DNA from: an uncultured Elusimicrobia bacterium
Lineage (GTDB): Bacteria > Elusimicrobiota > Elusimicrobia > 2-01-FULL-59-12
Direction: 5' to 3'
Assembly (NCBI GenBank): GCA_963702895.1
Contig: OY969767.1
Span: 2,592,001 to 2,656,000, forward strand
Length of the DNA: 64,000 nt
Made by a program: the position numbers and the translations under genes. Position 1 is the stretch's first letter. Each line of letters begins with the position of its first letter. The notes below the pieces were generated by a model. That model saw only the letters and a list, made by a program, of their open reading frames with translations. It searched no databases and had not been told where the DNA came from. Shown in pieces: positions 59,329 through 64,000 of the stretch.

Positions 59329-60709
59329 ATCTCCCCCCTGCGTCTTTCTTGGCCATTTCTTCGAGCTCCGCTCGCTGGGTCTCAAAACCCGCGCGCCCCA
59401 TGAGAGCATGCGTGTAGATTTTGGCCAGCTCCACGCCCGGCTGGTCGAAAGCATTGATGGACAGAAGCTCTCCCATATAAGCGGTAGCCATTTCAAAGAA
59501 GAAGAAAATCTCCCCGATGGATCTTTCAGAGACTTCATCAAGGGTGAGGGTCATGTTCGGGCGTTCCGCCTTCGTGAGAGCGGACCGCGTTCCCTGTTCC
59601 TCGGCTTTGAGGAGCTCGTTGAGCGTTCGGCCACCCAGGTAATGCTTCTTGTCGATCTTGGGGATGACCACCTTCTTCCCAAAATCGTTTAAGGTCAGGA
59701 AGCAAATCACTTTATCGTAGGGCCCCTCCATATAGAGTTGCGCCTGAGAATGTTGGTCCGTGACCCCGAGGGCCTTGATGGGCGTCGGGCCCACATGCAC
59801 CACCCGTCCGCTGCGGTCGACTCGTTTACCCAGGCTCTCCGCCCAGAGCTGGCGATACCAATCAGCCATACTGTAGAGGTTCTGCGAGTAAGGCATCAGG
59901 ACCGAGAGCCTCATGCCCTTCTGATAATACAGGTATTGGATGGCGGCATAGGCCGCGGCAGGGTTCATTTTCAGAGAAGGGTTCTGGCACTTGGATCGCA
60001 TGGCCCTGGCGCCTTCCAGCAACTTTTCGACATGGACGCCTGTGAGCGCTGAGGAGACGAGGCCAACGGGGGACAAAACAGAAAATCGCCCACCCACATT
60101 GGCGGGCACAGCAAAACGGTCCATCTGTTCTCGTGCGGCCAGCTCGCGCAGGTATCCTTTTTGGGCATCGGTCGTGATCACAAAATGTTGGGAAGCTTTT
60201 TTGAGGCCGACTTTCTCCTCCACTCTCTTTCGAAAGATGAAATAGGCGGCCAGGGATTCCGCCGTGGTGCCGGATTTGGATATGACATTAAAAAGTGTTC
60301 TTCGGGGGTCCACGACAGCGGCAAGATCCGCCGCCCAGCGCGGATCCACATTGTCAAAGACGAAAAGACGAAGCCAGCCCTTTCGTGATTTCTTGTCTCC
60401 CATGTTCCAATAAGGCGATCGGAGCGCGTTTTGAATGGCAATATTGCCCAGAGCGCTGCCGCCAATGCCCAGGACCACGAGGGTGTCAAAAGAGCCCCGC
60501 TTTTTTTTGGCCCAGGACATGATTTTGCGAGCTTCATCGCTTTGGTTGGGCAGGTCGACAAACCCCAGCTTCCCAGCATCGGCCTGATGGATGACGCTTT
60601 CGTGAGCGCTTTTGAGCTTGGCCTCCATCCCATAGAGCTCCGGCTCACTCAGGCCATGAGACAAGCCAATCGAATCCACAAGACAGTTCGTGAAATTAAG
60701 CGACAACAT
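59318..60709 (-). CDS. pgi: Glucose-6-phosphate isomerase
   Basis: GIGGSALG, SKSGTT.E, GGRFSV, QLWAESLGK, DQHS, FDQPGVE. GAGGAG RBS. Confidence 0.97.
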   Translation of the reverse strand: MLSLNFTNCLVDSIGLSHGLSEPELYGMEAKLKSAHESVIHQADAGKLGFVDLPNQSDEARKIMSWAKKKRGSFDTLVVLGIGGSALGNIAIQNALRSPYWNMGDKKSRKGWLRLFVFDNVDPRWAADLAAVVDPRRTLFNVISKSGTTAESLAAYFIFRKRVEEKVGLKKASQHFVITTDAQKGYLRELAAREQMDRFAVPANVGGRFSVLSPVGLVSSALTGVHVEKLLEGARAMRSKCQNPSLKMNPAAAYAAIQYLYYQKGMRLSVLMPYSQNLYSMADWYRQLWAESLGKRVDRSGRVVHVGPTPIKALGVTDQHSQAQLYMEGPYDKVICFLTLNDFGKKVVIPKIDKKHYLGGRTLNELLKAEEQGTRSALTKAERPNMTLTLDEVSERSIGEIFFFFEMATAYMGELLSINAFDQPGVELAKIYTHALMGRAGFETQRAELEEMAKKDAGGRYVV

Positions 60710-60720
60710 GGGGATCTCCT

Positions 60721-61131
60721 CTATTTGCCAGGTGGCATTTGAACCGGTTTCTGGGAAGCCTTCCAAGCTTCGAAACCACCTGAAAGGATATATATATCTT
60801 TATAGCCGGATTGGTAAAGCAGATGCGCCGCTTTTCGGGAACGGTTATCCGTGCGACAATAGAGCAGCAGGGGTTGGGTTTTGTCCTTGGGGAGTTCCTG
60901 GCGGCGTCGCTCCAGCTCTGCCAAGGGGATCAGTCGCGCTCCAGGAATAAATCCTTTAGAGAACTCTTCGGGAGTCCTCACGTCCAGGAGCACAACCCCC
61001 ACATCGCGAAGTAGCTTCTCGGCGTCTGCAGGGTTGACGTTGTGGATCGCAGGTGCTCGCCTGGCTCCAACCAGGAGAAGCCCTGCCAAGAGAACTCCCA
61101 GGGCCCGGCTTATGTACTTGCTTTCTGGCAC
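60721..61131 (-). CDS. Rhodanese-like protein
   Basis: LDVRTPEEF..G.IPGA, YCRT.NRS, L.GG..AW. Confidence 0.88.
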   Translation of the reverse strand: MPESKYISRALGVLLAGLLLVGARRAPAIHNVNPADAEKLLRDVGVVLLDVRTPEEFSKGFIPGARLIPLAELERRRQELPKDKTQPLLLYCRTDNRSRKAAHLLYQSGYKDIYILSGGFEAWKASQKPVQMPPGK

Positions 61132-61152
61132 AGAGGGAGGAAGCGCGCTTCG

Positions 61153-62934
61153 TCAGCTTCCAAGGCGTTGAACAAACGCTGCCTGTTCTTCGCGAAGCTC
61201 CTGGGGCAGGCGCGATCCAATTTTGTCAAAGAATGCTTTTTGGTCTGCGATATCTTCCGTCCAATCCGAAGCGCTCACCTCAAGAAGCGCGCGAATGTGT
61301 TCAGGCGTGAGGTTTAAACCGGATAACGGAAGTCCCTCCGGCGTGGGAACGTATCCCATGGGCGTCTTGACCGCATGGTCCCTGCCTCCGCAGCGCTCCA
61401 GGGCCCAGAGAATCGGCCGCAGGTTTTCCCCAAAGCCCGGCCAGAGGAACTTGTTGGTCGTCCTGTCCCGACGGAACCAGTTGACATGGAAGATTTTGGG
61501 AGCTTGGGCGCCCAGACGCTTCCCCATGTCGAGCCAGTGCCGGAAATAATCTCCTACGTTGTAGCCGATGAAGGGGAGCATCGCCATCGGATCACGCCGC
61601 ACCACCCCTGTCTGGCCTACGGCTGCCGAGGTGGTCTCAGAGGCCATGGTCGCCCCCAGGTACACCCCGTGCTGCCAATCGAAACTCTCGCAAATCAGCG
61701 GAGCGACGCGAGCGCGTCGCGCGCCAAATAAGATCGCGGAGAGCGGCACGCCCTGAGGATCTTCCCAATGGGGCGAGATCGAAGGGCACTGAGCCGCAGG
61801 AGTGGTAAATCGCGCGTTGGGGTGGGCGGCCCTCTCTTGGGAAGCGGGCGTCCAATCTTCACCTTTCCAATTGATGCCGTGCGCGGGCGGCGGACCCATA
61901 TCCTCCCACCAGACGCCGCCGTCATCGGTTTTGAGAACATTCGTAAACAAAGTGTTCCTGTTGATCGTTTTCATCGCGTTGGGATTGGTTTGATCGTTGG
62001 TCCCCGGCGCTACGCCAAAGAGCCCGTATTCGGGGTTCTGGGCCCAGAGCCGACCATCCGGCCCGATGCGCAGCCACGCGATATCATCACCCACGGTCCA
62101 GACTTTATAGCCGGCAAGGGTCTTCGGTGGAATAAGCATGGCGAGGTTCGTCTTGCCGCACTGGCTGGGGAAAGCGGCGGCGATATACTCCACCTCACCC
62201 CGTGGATTTTCAATGCCCAAGATGAGCATATGCTCGGCCATCCACCCCTGCTGTTGACCCAGGTAGCTGCCGATGCGAAGCGCCAGACACTTCTTGCCGA
62301 GCAGGGCGTTGCCGCCATACGCGGAGCCGACGCTCCAGATGGTGTTATCTTCCGGGAAATGGCAGATGAAGCGGCGCTCCGGACTCAAGTCCGCTTTACC
62401 GTGAAGGCACTTCGTGAATTCTCCGGAGGTGCCCAGGTCTTGGAGCGCGATCGCTCCCATACGGGTCATGATGCGCATGTTGAGCGTGACATAGCGGCTG
62501 TCGGTGATTTGAATGCCGATTTTGCGAAAGGGAGAGCCCGCCGGCCCCATGATAAAAGGGATCACATACATCGTACGCCCTTTCATGGATCCTTGAAAGA
62601 TCGCTCCCAGCTTCTGATAGGCCTCTTGGGGATCCATCCAGTTGTTCGTGATGCCCGCGTCGTTTTTCGAGCGGGTGCAAATGAAAGTCAGTTGTTCCGT
62701 GCGCGCCACGTCGTTCAGGTCGGATCGACTCCAGTAACAGCCGGGCCACTTTTTCTCGTCCAGAGCTTCGAGCTCGCCTGAAGCGAGGCATTCTTTCGTC
62801 AAGCGGTTTTTTTCCTCTTCGGATCCGTCGCACCAATAAAGGGTGTCGGGCTGGCACAATCGTGCCATCTCGTCGACCCAAGCGACGGCTTCCTGATGCT
62901 GGATTTTGGGCCTGCTCATGGTTAATTCGTTCAT
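61153..62934 (-). CDS. pckG: Phosphoenolpyruvate carboxykinase (GTP)
   Basis: YGGNALLGKKC, WMAEHM, FPSQCGKTN, GDDIAW, HPNARF, VNWF. Confidence 0.97.
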   Translation of the reverse strand: MNELTMSRPKIQHQEAVAWVDEMARLCQPDTLYWCDGSEEEKNRLTKECLASGELEALDEKKWPGCYWSRSDLNDVARTEQLTFICTRSKNDAGITNNWMDPQEAYQKLGAIFQGSMKGRTMYVIPFIMGPAGSPFRKIGIQITDSRYVTLNMRIMTRMGAIALQDLGTSGEFTKCLHGKADLSPERRFICHFPEDNTIWSVGSAYGGNALLGKKCLALRIGSYLGQQQGWMAEHMLILGIENPRGEVEYIAAAFPSQCGKTNLAMLIPPKTLAGYKVWTVGDDIAWLRIGPDGRLWAQNPEYGLFGVAPGTNDQTNPNAMKTINRNTLFTNVLKTDDGGVWWEDMGPPPAHGINWKGEDWTPASQERAAHPNARFTTPAAQCPSISPHWEDPQGVPLSAILFGARRARVAPLICESFDWQHGVYLGATMASETTSAAVGQTGVVRRDPMAMLPFIGYNVGDYFRHWLDMGKRLGAQAPKIFHVNWFRRDRTTNKFLWPGFGENLRPILWALERCGGRDHAVKTPMGYVPTPEGLPLSGLNLTPEHIRALLEVSASDWTEDIADQKAFFDKIGSRLPQELREEQAAFVQRLGS

Positions 62935-63030
62935 CGCGCTGTCCCGGCCTTTCCTATCAATATGCTGCCTGAGGTTCTCAGGAAGTCCGGCCATTATATC
63001 AACTCTGGCGGCGGCCTCGACGGTCAAGAC

Positions 63031-64000
63031 TCACACGTCGGAAAGATTTTCGGGCGGGAACGATACGCGCACAGCGTTGAGGATGGCAAACAGATCGATG
63101 ACTTCCTGGGTGATCGCGCCCGCCACAGGCGGCAAGTAGCCAGCGGCGGCGACGAGCATTCCCGCCGCGCTCAGAAGCATCCCTCCGACCGCGGACTGCA
63201 GGGCGATTTCGCGCATCCGCTCGCTGATGTGCATGAACTCATCAACAAGGCGCAGAGAGTTTTCCATCACGACGACGCTGGCCGCCTCGCTGGTCACATC
63301 GCTGTTTTGCCCGATGGCGATGCCGACGGTTGCGGCCAGCATCGCGGGAGCGTCATTGATGCCATCGCCAATATAGAGGGTCTTGTTCTTGGCTGTTTCC
63401 TGACGGACAAGCGCAAGTTTTTCCTCCGGGCTTTTCCCCGCGTGCACCTCCTGGATCCCCACGGCTTCGGCCAGGTACTGCACCTCGGATTCCCGGTCTC
63501 CCGAGATGATCATTTGGCGATCAAAAGCATGGCGAGGGCCAAGATGGCGAATGAAGGAAGGGCTCTCCGATCGCGGCGCGTCTCGGAACCTGTAGCGTGC
63601 CGCAAGCTTCCTATCCACGAGGACAAAACACTCAAGCCCCCCATCCGGGGCAGCGCCCCCCGACGGGAGAAGGCCCATCGCGGCGATTTGCTTGCGGCCA
63701 AGGATTTGGACGTGTTTGCCTTGGAGCTTGCCTTCAAGGCCGAGTCCGGGCTTTTCGGAGATCTGCGTCACTTCGATGGGCGCCAGGCGCCTTTTTTTCG
63801 CAGCGCCCTGGATCGCGAACGCCAGCGGATGTTTGGAGTAAAGCTCAAGATTGGCCGCGAGCTCCAGGACCTCGTCACCAGAAAATCCCGGGCTCACAGA
63901 TTCCTCGACCAGCGATGGTTCACCATAGGTCAGGGTCCCCGTCTTGTCGTAGATGGCGGTACGACAGAGCTGAATTTGTTCCAGCGCAATCGGATTTTTC
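63031..64000 (-). CDS. Heavy-metal P1B-type ATPase, 5' truncated by the window edge
   Basis: DKTGTLT (nt ~63930-63950), SKHPLA, SGD, GDGINDAP. Confidence 0.92.
   Translation of the reverse strand, partial: KNPIALEQIQLCRTAIYDKTGTLTYGEPSLVEESVSPGFSGDEVLELAANLELYSKHPLAFAIQGAAKKRRLAPIEVTQISEKPGLGLEGKLQGKHVQILGRKQIAAMGLLPSGGAAPDGGLECFVLVDRKLAARYRFRDAPRSESPSFIRHLGPRHAFDRQMIISGDRESEVQYLAEAVGIQEVHAGKSPEEKLALVRQETAKNKTLYIGDGINDAPAMLAATVGIAIGQNSDVTSEAASVVVMENSLRLVDEFMHISERMREIALQSAVGGMLLSAAGMLVAAAGYLPPVAGAITQEVIDLFAILNAVRVSFPPENLSDV

Noticed and set aside
61768..62781. 337-aa plus-strand ORF
   Set aside because: Antisense shadow of pckG.

Overview
Bacterial chromosomal segment spanning the replication origin: rsmA-dnaA-[oriC]-dnaN-dciA-gyrB-gyrA, with most genes on the minus strand. 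The gene content (PorV-like barrel, T9SS-CTD-like secreted protein, many TPR/HEAT and two-component proteins) suggests Elusimicrobiota, which is inference only. Other content: sodN-sodX, two-component clusters, surA-pdxA, mfd, rlmD, mtgA, an IS256 with a perfect 9-bp target duplication, a tRNA-Glu(CTC) locus, an amino-sugar/GT-C glycosylation region, pgi, pckG and a partial P1B ATPase. Three things stand out. (1) The tRNA-Glu gene has two truncated upstream copies and several 20-22 nt YCCGCC...GCGGR hairpins inserted at duplicated CG dinucleotides. (2) A dispersed class of short tandem 7/8-mer arrays, mostly in inverted (hairpin) arrangement, lies in frame in Mfd (twice), in the RlmD Fe-S motif, in a signal peptide and at gene junctions. 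(3) An operon couples a PorV-like barrel, a CTD-bearing Ig-like protein, a TPR protein, a HAMP histidine kinase and a receiver-ECF sigma fusion. All calls come from reading motifs by eye; no searches were run.
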